Below are positions 33,483-43,450 of a stretch of 64,000 nucleotides of DNA, piece by piece (the stretch's first letter is position 1; each line of letters begins with the position of its first letter). The notes below the pieces were generated by a model. The model saw only the letters and a program-made list of their open reading frames with translations. It had not been told where the DNA came from and made no database searches. The translations under genes were made by a program, and so were the position numbers. The DNA comes from a virus: the IMG/VR virus record IMGVR_UViG_3300029989_000005, one strand, 5' to 3'.

Positions 33483-34184
33483 TTATAGGTTTTCATAAAT
33501 CCAATTTACAGTTAATATTTTGTTAGTTCCGCCCGCAGAAAGGTTATCATCTCTGTGCTTATTTATTAGTATTTCAACTTCCTCAAAAGTATAGTTGTTT
33601 TTAATCTTCCTTATTGTTATAGTTCTATCTTTTGGATTAATTTTTAACCGTTCAAAATCTTTTGCTGATTTATTAAATGCATTTATCCAAGATTGAGTAT
33701 CCTGTTCATATTCAACCAAAACATCGGTAATTTGTCTACCATTGTTGTATTCTTTAATATAAATATCAATAAACGATTTCGATGATTGTGGAAACAAATT
33801 TTTGTTCTTTATTTCAACCCAACCTGAAGAGCCACTCATACAATCAGAATCATTAGCTATTTTAATTGCTTCTTCCAATCCCAAACTTAAATCAGTTGAT
33901 GCAATAATCTTTCTATCGGCTCTTAAAGGAAATTCACCCTCTTTCAGCTTATATACAATTTGATCAAGACCTATTGCATAATCACCAACTTTAATTTCTC
34001 CACCTACCTCAGTATTTTTTTTACCTGATAATACGTAAATATGTTGAACTATTGTTGTTTTAGCTATAAATACCTCGTTTTCGGTGAGTATATGTAGCTC
34101 ATTACACTTTGACTTTACTAAATTTCCAATTTGTGCTTTTTGATTAGTAGGAAGCATAACCACTTTTGCTCTTTTAAACGGCAT
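33483..34184 (-). CDS. Hypothetical protein, paralog family A
   Basis: AKVVMLPT..HIYV..KIIASTD..ITDVLVEYE. Confidence 0.65.
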   Translation of the reverse strand: MPFKRAKVVMLPTNQKAQIGNLVKSKCNELHILTENEVFIAKTTIVQHIYVLSGKKNTEVGGEIKVGDYAIGLDQIVYKLKEGEFPLRADRKIIASTDLSLGLEEAIKIANDSDCMSGSSGWVEIKNKNLFPQSSKSFIDIYIKEYNNGRQITDVLVEYEQDTQSWINAFNKSAKDFERLKINPKDRTITIRKIKNNYTFEEVEILINKHRDDNLSAGGTNKILTVNWIYENL

Positions 34185-34270
34185 AATGTTTTGTTTTTAA
34201 GAATGTTAATTATTACAAGTATTGTATAATTTTCTCCCTTATATAAGCAAATACATTAATATTTTCATAT

Positions 34271-34525
34271 TTATCTTTTATTCCAACTCATTGGTATTAT
34301 ATTTTGATTTTCTGATCTTTTTAAACACACAATAAGTTCAGACTTAAAAACCTTAACTGTAAATCTAAATTTGCTTCTTACAAATCTTTTATTTGATTCA
34401 ATTACATGATAAACTGAATTACTTTGCTTCTGACCTATACATATGATAAAATCGTCAGACTTTATATTTATATCTGATGGACAATCAACAAAGAATTTTC
34501 TAATTTTATCGGTATGTTCATTCAT
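34271..34525 (-). CDS. Hypothetical protein
   Basis: ORF coupled to the gp2-like gene. Confidence 0.5.
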   Translation of the reverse strand: MNEHTDKIRKFFVDCPSDINIKSDDFIICIGQKQSNSVYHVIESNKRFVRSKFRFTVKVFKSELIVCLKRSENQNIIPMSWNKR

Positions 34526-35247
34526 TAGAACAGGTGTTTATAAGATTTAATATCTTTTATAGTGCGTTCAGCTATTTTTAAATCTTTTGGTGCTTTTTTT
34601 ACACCCGTAAGATTATCGTAATATGACATATATACACTCCTTATACCGAGAAGGTTGGCTGTCTTTATAAAAGGAATTGTAAAAGTACATAATCTATGCC
34701 AATCTTCATAGCTAATAATTTGAGGTGGTGATGTAAATGCCGAATATTTATATGAACGTATACAATATTCAAATCCACTATTTTCAAGCATTTTTTGCAT
34801 CATTTCCCAATTAACGGGTAAAGTTCTAGTTGGTTGATTCCCAGCTTTCATTTGATTAATTGATGGATTTATTATCTCTGAGCCAAACACACGTATGATT
34901 TGGTCTAGTATTTGTATCCTTATCCTTGGTGGTACGAATGTAAGATTAATTCCGTAAGGGTTGAAATCACCTGATTTTGTAAATTTTTGACCTATTATGA
35001 AATTTATGGGTCTGAATGAAAAAGCGGGGCATTGAGCAAGTAATTTTTCCTCAGGGGTTATTGGATTATATCCGAATGTATAAATTTTACCAGGAATTAA
35101 AAATATTTTATCTTTCTTTTCGGGTAAATTTTTACTAGACTGATCAGTCAAGTAATTATCGTAAAACCATTTTTGATTTCTAGATACCATAGTTGAATAT
35201 GGTGTTATCATCATTTCATCGGTCAACGTTTCGGCTATTAATTTCAT
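34525..35247 (-). CDS. DNA end-protector protein (T4 gp2-like)
   Basis: PGKIYTFGYNP..P..GINLTFVPPRIR..CIRSY pattern of the gp2 family. Confidence 0.7.
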   Translation of the reverse strand: MKLIAETLTDEMMITPYSTMVSRNQKWFYDNYLTDQSSKNLPEKKDKIFLIPGKIYTFGYNPITPEEKLLAQCPAFSFRPINFIIGQKFTKSGDFNPYGINLTFVPPRIRIQILDQIIRVFGSEIINPSINQMKAGNQPTRTLPVNWEMMQKMLENSGFEYCIRSYKYSAFTSPPQIISYEDWHRLCTFTIPFIKTANLLGIRSVYMSYYDNLTGVKKAPKDLKIAERTIKDIKSYKHLF

Positions 35248-35786
35248 TATAACTTTATAAATGTTTCATTTAAATTACCGCCTGAATAATTATATTTATC
35301 AAATACAACAACCTCATTACTTAAATCTATATTTCCAAATTTAAGTAAATATTTTGCCGCAGTTCCTTTTTTAAGATATGCTAGCGTTATATGAGGTTCA
35401 AAATTTGGGTATGTTAATGTAACATGTAATTTATTGACTATATCTGATCTTAATTTCAACAATTCATTAGATGGTATAATTGACACTTTTAATACATCAT
35501 ATTTTTCATTTTCGAAAACACTTATCTTTCCTAATTTTAAAGTGCCAATATTTTTAGGTATCATAGTCAACATCCTAGAAAGTCCAACATAAGTATCAAT
35601 TCCGTATACTACTGTTATGTGTTGATTTGTTTCTATACCTTTATCATCCAAATCATCCAAATCTATTTTATTTTGTAATTTTGTAATTAAAAGTATAGGA
35701 TAAACATCCACCATAAGACAGGCAAAATCATAGTCTGTCAAATTTATTCTGCATTTATAATCTTGTATCATTTGTAATGGTTGCAT
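35247..35786 (-). CDS. 2H phosphoesterase, T4 gp57B/Acb1-like
   Basis: Two HxT motifs: HITVVYG and PHITLAY. Confidence 0.75.
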   Translation of the reverse strand: MQPLQMIQDYKCRINLTDYDFACLMVDVYPILLITKLQNKIDLDDLDDKGIETNQHITVVYGIDTYVGLSRMLTMIPKNIGTLKLGKISVFENEKYDVLKVSIIPSNELLKLRSDIVNKLHVTLTYPNFEPHITLAYLKKGTAAKYLLKFGNIDLSNEVVVFDKYNYSGGNLNETFIKL

Positions 35787-35813
35787 ATGATTTGTTTAAT
35801 TATTTAAAACGAA

Positions 35814-35848
35814 GATTCCGTGAAGATGGCTTATATCTTCACGGAATC
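35814..35848 (-). terminator. Intrinsic terminator
   Basis: 14-bp stem gattccgtgaagat/atcttcacggaatc, U-rich tail on minus strand. Confidence 0.75.
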
Positions 35849-35849
35849 A

Positions 35850-36072
35850 GTGTTCCCAATAGTTGCATGCTCTGAGTTGTAGGTCAGATTGCTTGTGATG
35901 TCCAAAGTCAGGTATTGATGGCATTTCTACCAAATGCCTGTATGGACTCCGAATATCGGGAACGGATTTGGTGATTTCGGGTTGGAAACGGAATTAGGGG
36001 ACAGCCCTAATTTAATAGTCAAGTCTGTGGATTTACCACAACGACAACACCAAGCCGAATAATAATCACCAT
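35850..36072 (-). ncRNA. Unassigned multi-stem ncRNA
   Basis: GC-richer than flanks, no ORF, two nested multi-branch domains, followed by a terminator. Confidence 0.55.
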
Positions 36073-36239
36073 CATTTATCTATAATCGTAACATTATTTT
36101 ATATTAGTTAATATTAAACGGTTTCAAATCATTACCTGAACTCTTTCAGGAAATATGAGGTATATAATCATATAACAATTTGTATATTCAAAAAACCAAA
36201 TTACAGGCAAAACCTTATATCCCATAAAGTCATAATACA

Positions 36240-37134
36240 TTATAAGCCTTTTTTTGTTGTATTGAGGTATTCAATTTCCTTTTCATCAGATGCTGTCATT
36301 TGTTGGAATTTCAATAGTTTTTCAGAAATCGTTTTCAGATATTCAAGCTCTTCACATGATATACAATCATTGGTTTCCACATCTGATAGAAAACCATGTA
36401 ATCTTGTTGCAAATGTGGTATCACTAACAATTCTTGCATCAACAATAACACCGTTCCAATAGTTATCGCTGTGATTAGTTCTTTTTTCTAAACCCGATGA
36501 AGCACATTTTTTACATTTCTTGACATCTTTACTGAAATAATCACATGTATTACAGTATTGTGGATATTCAAAAAATCCAAGATAATGGGGTGGTAATTTA
36601 TCCATAAGTTCCAATATCTCAGGTAGAACTTTAATACAATTGTCAGCTTCTTTATCAAGCAGCAAAGTACTAATTACCTGATTATTTTTATCGGCTTTCA
36701 ACATTGAGAAATAGTTTTTTATTGGGGTTAAAATATTTCTTAAATGTGCTACTTTAGTTTCTGTTTGCATATTGCTTTCTTTGTTTTGCTAAGAATTCTA
36801 ATTTTTCCGAGAACATTTTTCTATTAACTCTTATCTTTGAATTACATAATACATGTTTTGTTTGCCTTGAAAGTATTTTAATACTTTCAAGCATAGTTAT
36901 ATCAATTTTGGACATTTTTTCATCTGTGGTAACCCATTCTATTGGAACAGTATTAGCTGCAACATCTGTAGAAAATCTGACATGTATACCACCTGTGATA
37001 TGTACTATTATTGCCTCAATTTTACCGCTTAAGCCCATACCTTGCCTTATAATACCATTTTCAGTTTCTATAACTCTATAACGTTCGTAAGCTATCCTGC
37101 CGACAATAACAGGACTTTCATTCTTTTTACCCAT
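36240..37134 (-). other. Two hypothetical CDS
   Basis: ORFs 36240-36770 (CxxC pairs) and 36754-37134. Confidence 0.55.
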
Positions 37135-37898
37135 TAAAATAAAGAATTAACTTGTTTATTATCCAATTTATACAAAATTTTATATACATCAAAATTTGGA
37201 TGTTTCAATATTTTATATGAATGTGTCAGTTCAAGTACATTGCTATAAAATCTAAGTATATTTTTATTTACCGTTTGGTTTTCATATAATGATTCTATCC
37301 ATTCATCTTTATATAGCTCACCTATGCTCAATATATGGTTATCAATAGTTGATCTATAAGTTTGATCAAACCCTATAGTTGAAACTGTTATATATTCCAT
37401 AAGTGAAAGATCAAGTTTGGAACAATCACCCATGATAGGTTCGATTTCTAACCAAAGATGAATTGATTTATTTAAAAATTTAAGTTTGGATAAATCTTTT
37501 ATTCTGCAGTTATAATTATTATTTTCAACAGAAGTTCCAAAATAAATGTTCTTGGGTATTTCCTTTATCCAACATTCTTTCAAAAACTTAAAATACCTTA
37601 TTGGGTTCTTTGATTGCAAGAAAAATACATCGTGTGGTCTTCTTTCTATATGTTCAAGTATGTCTATAAGATTTAGGTCAGTTATAGTACTACTTAACAT
37701 ATCACCCATAATTGAACATATATAAATATCGGGTCTTTTTGGTAATTTATCCCAATATTCGGGATAATATTTAGGCTTTAGAAAGTCGTTTTTTAGGAAA
37801 TTTTTATTGGAGAATTTGGTTTTTACATAGCAGAACCCTGTTTTGTATAGATCACAGGAATCTATATCACAGCCGTGAACCAAATTTAATGTTACCAT
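37134..37898 (-). CDS. Phage Gp37/Gp68 (DUF5131) radical-SAM-like protein
   Basis: GC...C...CY, CSIMGDM, LQSKNP.R, NIYFGTSVEN, IEPI. Confidence 0.7.
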   Translation of the reverse strand: MVTLNLVHGCDIDSCDLYKTGFCYVKTKFSNKNFLKNDFLKPKYYPEYWDKLPKRPDIYICSIMGDMLSSTITDLNLIDILEHIERRPHDVFFLQSKNPIRYFKFLKECWIKEIPKNIYFGTSVENNNYNCRIKDLSKLKFLNKSIHLWLEIEPIMGDCSKLDLSLMEYITVSTIGFDQTYRSTIDNHILSIGELYKDEWIESLYENQTVNKNILRFYSNVLELTHSYKILKHPNFDVYKILYKLDNKQVNSLF

Positions 37899-37935
37899 AC
37901 ATCTTTATATAGAAGCACAACAACGTTAATCTTAT

Positions 37936-38499
37936 TTATATTGGTTTTGGGGTATCGAGATATTTATGAAATGGTATAAGTTGCCTTCCGCCATCATACA
38001 ACCATTCTTTGAATTTATCTATATGTACGGGTGTTATATTTTGAAAACCTTTCCAATCTTTATCATAATTATTCAAATATGATTCTTTAGCATCTTGATG
38101 GCTGTTATATCCAAGCATTACTTTACTTTCATCAAATTTACCTGTTAAAGGGTCTATCTGATCTACAACATATACCATAGTACTATTGGTGTTATCACCT
38201 ATAAATACATCAATATCTTCTCCTATTCTGTCATGTGTATTATCAAAGTACCCATAATGATTTTTCATTTCCGTTGACCATTTTTTACCATTATCATCAA
38301 CACCCGAACGTGTAGAACCTTTTGGATTTTCAATGGTTATATTCATCCCCTGAATAATAATTGCAGCTTTGTCATATTCTCCCGATTCTATTTGAGATTT
38401 AGATGGATTGAGTTCCACATGGTTGAGTAGGAATCCTTCTAAATCAGGTTTGAATATCTGCAGTTTTTTCATACTTTTCAATACATTATCGGCATCCAT
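37936..38499 (-). CDS. Inorganic-pyrophosphatase-like domain (type found in phage polyvalent proteins)
   Basis: ITIENPKGSTRSG..HYGYF..DIDVFIG..VVDQ..FDESKVMLGY. Confidence 0.75.
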   Translation of the reverse strand: MDADNVLKSMKKLQIFKPDLEGFLLNHVELNPSKSQIESGEYDKAAIIIQGMNITIENPKGSTRSGVDDNGKKWSTEMKNHYGYFDNTHDRIGEDIDVFIGDNTNSTMVYVVDQIDPLTGKFDESKVMLGYNSHQDAKESYLNNYDKDWKGFQNITPVHIDKFKEWLYDGGRQLIPFHKYLDTPKPI

Positions 38500-38529
38500 T
38501 AGGTTAGATGTCGATATAAATTTTATTGA

Positions 38530-38901
38530 TTATTGTATTAATCCCAATGTTTTAAGTGCTAATATCAAAGATGTTAATTTCTCTGTATCCGTAGTACCTG
38601 AAACAGTTTGTATATTTGCAGGTGTGAAATCACCATCTTTGTCAATAGATGATTTGATGGTTACACCATCAGGTGAAACCACCAATACATTACCACTAGT
38701 TCCTGTGAGTATTATATTGTCAGCTATTATTGATTTATTAGGTAAAGTACCTTGTAGACCTGATAAATTTATTGTTTTGGTGGTAGTATTTATAATTTGA
38801 AGAATAGGATTTAACGTATCCTCTAAGATTTGAAATGCAGCATTCAACATATCAGGTATGTCAGAAACTTGGTTGGTCGGTTGAAATCTTGTTAGTTCCA
38901 T
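38530..38901 (-). CDS. Putative small structural protein
   Basis: Thr/Ser/Ile-rich; TAAATA motif upstream. Confidence 0.5.
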   Translation of the reverse strand: MELTRFQPTNQVSDIPDMLNAAFQILEDTLNPILQIINTTTKTINLSGLQGTLPNKSIIADNIILTGTSGNVLVVSPDGVTIKSSIDKDGDFTPANIQTVSGTTDTEKLTSLILALKTLGLIQ

Positions 38902-38986
38902 AATGGTAATTAATTTTATTTATTTATTTTGGTGCTTGTGTTATAAACCAAGCAAAAAATAGCACAAGCACCTATATAAATCATTA

Positions 38987-39694
38987 TTAAATTACTACAG
39001 ACTGCGACACTTCATCCATCATTTTATCATCCATCATTTCGGGTTGACTTCCATTTGACTCATTATCAACTATGATAGGCTGTGACACTTCATCTATAAT
39101 TTTATCATCCATCATTTCGGGTTGACTTCCATCAAGTTCATTATCAATTGCATCAAGCTGTTTAAGCATATACATCTTTTTACCGTCTATCTCTGAAATA
39201 TCAATAACCCCATTTTCAGATAAATGCTTTGTGAATACATCTATTTCCAAATCGGTAAATTGGTAAAGCTTGAGTTCTTCAACAGTTATTTCAAGGTTAT
39301 TGTTATTGTAGTGTTGCTCACAAATCTTAATAAATGTTTCAAGCCTGAATTTCCTTACTTGCTCCATGTAAGATTTCCTTACATTATCAGCATAAATTTT
39401 TACCTTTTCGATTGATTCCTCGAATGACCCACCCGACATGTATTCCTTAAAGGCATATTCAGCGTGAACAACAATAATCCCCAAACCATTTTTAAAAATA
39501 GGCAATCCTTTTGTAACTAGTTTACACCATTCTTTTGGTATTAATGAATGTTGTATTTCCTTCTCCGCTTTAGTTCCTACATTTAGCTTTTCAGTCCAAC
39601 TGATCTTGCAATGTTTCTTCTCTCTAGATGTCCATTTAGCGGGGTTGCTAACAATTTCACCTTTCTTTGGAATGTTTTCAGTAACTTTATCCAT
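38987..39694 (-). CDS. Hypothetical protein with duplicated acidic tail
   Basis: GSQPEMMDDKxxDEVSQ occurs twice. Confidence 0.6.
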   Translation of the reverse strand: MDKVTENIPKKGEIVSNPAKWTSREKKHCKISWTEKLNVGTKAEKEIQHSLIPKEWCKLVTKGLPIFKNGLGIIVVHAEYAFKEYMSGGSFEESIEKVKIYADNVRKSYMEQVRKFRLETFIKICEQHYNNNNLEITVEELKLYQFTDLEIDVFTKHLSENGVIDISEIDGKKMYMLKQLDAIDNELDGSQPEMMDDKIIDEVSQPIIVDNESNGSQPEMMDDKMMDEVSQSVVI

Positions 39695-39703
39695 GATTTT
39701 ATT

Positions 39704-39922
39704 TTAAATGATTTTATTTTTAATTAATAAGCAACAATATTTGTATTTTTTCCCCGAACCACAATTACATTGATCATTACGGCTCTGTTCTTTCTTTTTT
39801 ATAATTGGTTTATTATTTCTGTTTCTAGCTTTCTCAATGCATAGCTCACAATACCATTTTTTATTTCTTTTTAAAATAATACTAGCGGGTCTTCCACACA
39901 TACAACATTGGTGAGTATCCAT
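39704..39922 (-). CDS. SEC-C motif zinc-binding protein
   Basis: RNDQCNCGSGKKYKYCC plus N-terminal CxxC pairs. Confidence 0.75.
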   Translation of the reverse strand: MDTHQCCMCGRPASIILKRNKKWYCELCIEKARNRNNKPIIKKKEQSRNDQCNCGSGKKYKYCCLLIKNKII

Positions 39923-39927
39923 ATAGG

Positions 39928-40653
39928 TTAATTTACTAATGTATGCTTCAAAAATTGATGCTTATCGCCCAAAAATGATGTATAATTTATTCTAGCTAGC
40001 CAATAATCTATCTTGTTTATATTGCCTAATATTTGATCTACATTAAGGAAAGCATTATAAGTATTAGGATTAAATGACATTTTATATGTTTTATTTTCAT
40101 ATGGATTGTATACATCAAACGATGTAGTTATTCCAAGCTGCTTAACAAGCTTTATCTTCTCGTCTATTAATTTTTTCCATATTATAAATATTTCTGAATG
40201 ATTTATGTTGCTGAGTTTTACACAATCAAGGCAAATATCTTTTATGTTCACAAAATATTCTACATCGGCAAGGTTTTGATTTTGTTTTGATTTAAAGAAT
40301 GTATTATTTATAAGTTTTCTAACATTCTCTTTAGAAAGCAGATTGATATTTGATACAATATGTTTTCCACTTTCAATTATAGTCAATATATCATTAACAG
40401 GTTCTATTATCACACCACCATCCTCAAGTATTATCAAAACATTATATTTAAGTAATAACGACACTGTGATTTCATTAGCTTTATACTTCATATCCTCGAT
40501 TCTTACAAAATCTGAAAAAACAAAGGTTTCTGACTTGGTGTATTTATTTGAAAGTCTATCTATTATGGTATTTTCATTAGGGAACGTATAATTAGCTATG
40601 AAGACCTCATTTTCAGTCAACAGTTTATACAATTGGAATATATTTTTAAACAT
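39928..40653 (-). CDS. Hypothetical late protein
   Basis: TAAATAATTAA at 40668-40679. Confidence 0.55.
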   Translation of the reverse strand: MFKNIFQLYKLLTENEVFIANYTFPNENTIIDRLSNKYTKSETFVFSDFVRIEDMKYKANEITVSLLLKYNVLIILEDGGVIIEPVNDILTIIESGKHIVSNINLLSKENVRKLINNTFFKSKQNQNLADVEYFVNIKDICLDCVKLSNINHSEIFIIWKKLIDEKIKLVKQLGITTSFDVYNPYENKTYKMSFNPNTYNAFLNVDQILGNINKIDYWLARINYTSFLGDKHQFLKHTLVN

Positions 40654-40728
40654 AAGCTAGATAGATTTTAATTATTTATATTCGATATCTTATAATTGTG
40701 TCAATCCAAAATATAGTTGCAAAATACA

Positions 40729-40763
40729 AAATTGGCTGTAATCTCAAAGATTACAGCCAATTT
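40729..40763 (-). terminator. Terminator downstream of tmRNA
   Basis: aaattggctgtaatct/agattacagccaattt perfect stem. Confidence 0.75.
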
Positions 40764-40771
40764 ACTTAAAG

Positions 40772-41125
40772 TGGAGGTGGAGTGAGTCGAACACTCGTCT
40801 TACGATTGGTTAATACAAGTCTTTTTACAACTTAGTGCATGAGGTTAATCTTACCACCTTTCAGCATCTTATAAGAATTTGGGTACTGTTTGGAAACAGT
40901 GCAGTCCACCATCCGATTTATGACATCGGCAAACTTTAAAAAACTAAATTAGGCTTCCTTAAGCAGCAAATGCTACTACTCTTGGAGATATCATTGCAAT
41001 AACCTTGTTACCCAATGATTTGATTGTATTTTTGCCTGTTATTTGGTTTACCTTTTTAAAAGGAGAACTGATAATCTCCATTGAACTTATACCACCCTAA
41101 ACCGCAATCAAAACCAAGCACCCCC
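40772..41125 (-). ncRNA. ssrA: tmRNA
   Basis: 5' GGGGGTGCTTGGTTTTGA; 3' GACGAGTGTTCGACTCACTC-CACCTCC-A with G3:U70; tag frame 41036-40959 GKNTIKSLGNKVIAMISPRVVAFAA*. Confidence 0.9.
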
Positions 41126-41253
41126 GATTTTTCACTTTTTATATCAGAATAACTCTTTATCCTGTATCTCTCAGGATGGGACTAACCATCCTTTCGTTCA
41201 TAGATTAGAGAGATGCAATATTCTCTCTATAGTCGTATCTAATAAACAGTCTG

Positions 41254-41327
41254 TGCTCCCTACAGGACTTGAACCTATGACCTCAACATTATGAGTGTTT
41301 TGCTCTGACCAACTGAGCTAAGGGAGC
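41254..41327 (-). tRNA. tRNA with CAU anticodon, probably Ile2 (lysidine type) rather than Met
   Basis: GCTCCCT TA GCTC AGTTGGTCA GAGC A AAACA CTCATAA TGTTG ... GTTCAAG ... AGGGAGC A; C4-G69 and C5-G68 present; CCA not encoded. Confidence 0.85.
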
Positions 41328-41534
41328 AAAAATGGCAAGTTACATGTATTGCCTACCACCTTAAAGAACCTCTGAGTTACTTTTTATTGTTCACAAAGAG
41401 GTAGTGTATTTTAAATCCGGATATCTTATCTTGATTCTGCTAACCACTCACAGCTTCTGTGGCTGTTATACTACCATAATCCCATATGCTCAAAAAAGAG
41501 CAGCCGCTTAATGTTTCAGAGTGTTTGGCGGGTC

Positions 41535-41894
41535 TTAGGTAATTATGGCAGACATAAAAGGTAGTATAGGCGGTAAACTAATTTTATCGTACTTTTCAAT
41601 TATCCAATTTATATTTCCACTTCCATAATCTTTATTTGTACAAGTGTAGACATAACCATGGTTTATTGCGTTCTGTGTATCAATGTTTTTAATTAATTGC
41701 TTTTCAACACAATAATTTAGGACAACATTTACCTGTGTGGTGATTGTAAAATTTACAACTTGGTCAACTACCACAGTAGATTGGACCGTTACAATTTGCT
41801 TTTCAGTTGGCGGAGAACCTTTCGGTGCAGCAATGGCGGCTGAAAGAGCAAAACTAAAAACAAGCATCAGTAGAATACCAAAGAGCTTTTTCAT
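41535..41894 (-). CDS. Hypothetical secreted protein
   Basis: Signal peptide. Confidence 0.55.
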   Translation of the reverse strand: MKKLFGILLMLVFSFALSAAIAAPKGSPPTEKQIVTVQSTVVVDQVVNFTITTQVNVVLNYCVEKQLIKNIDTQNAINHGYVYTCTNKDYGSGNINWIIEKYDKISLPPILPFMSAIIT

Positions 41895-41958
41895 GTTTTT
41901 TTTTCTTTTTAATTAAACAATAGTTTGATTTTCACACGTTAAACTTAACGGTGTTTAC

Positions 41959-42342
41959 TTATTTACTTGTGGGTTTAACACTTTTTATAAAGTAATTGGT
42001 TTCTCCCCTATTCTTAAACAGATTTAAATATTTAACCTGTTGATATTGTATAATAATTGGTGTACCTTTGGAAATATAAGATTCAATGGAATCAATAGGT
42101 GTTTCACATTTAATTGTATTACTGTTATCAATTGATGCATGAAATGTTTCATAATTTCCAATTACCTGATTACTTTGGGCAATATTGGGTGAAATTTTAA
42201 TTTCAATTTCAAACGATTTGTAAACAGCACCCTTTTCTGATAATTTAGTAATTACCCCTACACGTTCGCCACTTGAATAGTTTTGGCATGATGTCAGAGC
42301 CATGGAAAAAGCTAAAACTAGTAAAATTAAGAAATTTCTCAT
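41959..42342 (-). CDS. Phage lipoprotein
   Basis: Lipobox LTSC; YSSGERVGVITKLSEKG. Confidence 0.7.
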   Translation of the reverse strand: MRNFLILLVLAFSMALTSCQNYSSGERVGVITKLSEKGAVYKSFEIEIKISPNIAQSNQVIGNYETFHASIDNSNTIKCETPIDSIESYISKGTPIIIQYQQVKYLNLFKNRGETNYFIKSVKPTSK

Positions 42343-42398
42343 AATGATTGTTTTTAATTGTTTGTTTTCTATTTTATGTTTAATAAGTTATAATAGTG

Positions 42399-42851
42399 TC
42401 AATTCAACTTTCTGTATAGTTCCATTATTTTATTTTCATATGATTTACTTGCTGTTGGATTGTGTAATTTTATAGCCATATGAAAGTCACGATTTGGATT
42501 TTTATGATTTTGGAATATTTCAAACATCTCAATTGATTTTTCTCTATCATATCTATCTGAAACTGTATAAACTTGATTTGAGTGCTTTGATTTTAGAATT
42601 TTATTTACCTCTTTAACATATATTGGGGTAATTTGAAGGCATCCAATACAATTTCCTACATTTTTAGCATCATCATCATTGTTGGACTCAATAAAAATTA
42701 TAGACCAAATCAATTTTTCCCAATTTATTAGCTTTAATGATTTGGTTATAACAGGCTTTGTGATTATTTTTTTAGGGGTATTATTGAATAAAATTAATTG
42801 TAATATTAGTAATACAAAAATTATGGAAATTACCTTGTAAGTTAACTTCAT
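42399..42851 (-). CDS. Membrane-anchored lytic transglycosylase (SLT-like)
   Basis: N-terminal TM helix; IESN catalytic Glu; GCLQIT. Confidence 0.7.
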   Translation of the reverse strand: MKLTYKVISIIFVLLILQLILFNNTPKKIITKPVITKSLKLINWEKLIWSIIFIESNNDDDAKNVGNCIGCLQITPIYVKEVNKILKSKHSNQVYTVSDRYDREKSIEMFEIFQNHKNPNRDFHMAIKLHNPTASKSYENKIMELYRKLN

Positions 42852-42931
42852 TTTAATAGATTTAGTTAATACTAGTACCGAACTTTATCGGATTTTATAT
42901 TTTATATCTTTGTTAACATAATATTATCAAA

Positions 42932-43450
42932 TTATTTTTCTAAAGTTAAATCAAAATGTACTATATCATCCTCTAAAATAAATCGTGGGTTTGGATGATT
43001 TCCTTCTTGTACAAATTCAATCATGGATGAATTAGCTATATCTACAAGATAGGCTTTGTTGCCTGTTTCCAAATACAATTTAGCACGTTTAATAATCTCA
43101 CCTATGTAATCATAATATTTTTTTTCGGCTTGTTGTTCTTTAGTATGTGCTAATTTTCCATATCTATAAGCACCCATAATCAAGTGTGAACGCATTAAAG
43201 ATTCAAATTCGGGTGACCATTCAGAAACTTTAAATTCTTCTTCCTGTTTCAGCCATGATTCATATTTCAGTCTATCAGATTCAGCTTTTTTCCATTCATG
43301 AACTTCCTTTGCAATTTCTGAAAAATCAATTTCATTTTCAGGCAATTCACATTTCCACAACCATAAATTATTTGCAAAAGGTTTAATAGGTAAATCCATA
43401 TTATTTTTTGCCTGTATGACCAAATCCACCATCACCACGGACAGTTTCAC
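42932..43450 (-). CDS. Conserved phage hypothetical protein
   Basis: [21 protein letters not shown]; true start is probably 43400. Confidence 0.55.
   Translation of the reverse strand: MKLSVVMVDLVIQAKNNMDLPIKPFANNLWLWKCELPENEIDFSEIAKEVHEWKKAESDRLKYESWLKQEEEFKVSEWSPEFESLMRSHLIMGAYRYGKLAHTKEQQAEKKYYDYIGEIIKRAKLYLETGNKAYLVDIANSSMIEFVQEGNHPNPRFILEDDIVHFDLTLEK

Noticed and set aside
35850-36072. RNase P or SRP RNA
   Set aside because: GAGGAAAGUCC/P4 and SRP domain IV signatures not found on either strand
41160-41205. Hammerhead-like GAAA..CUGA arrangement
   Set aside because: Does not match CUGAnGA and lacks stem I
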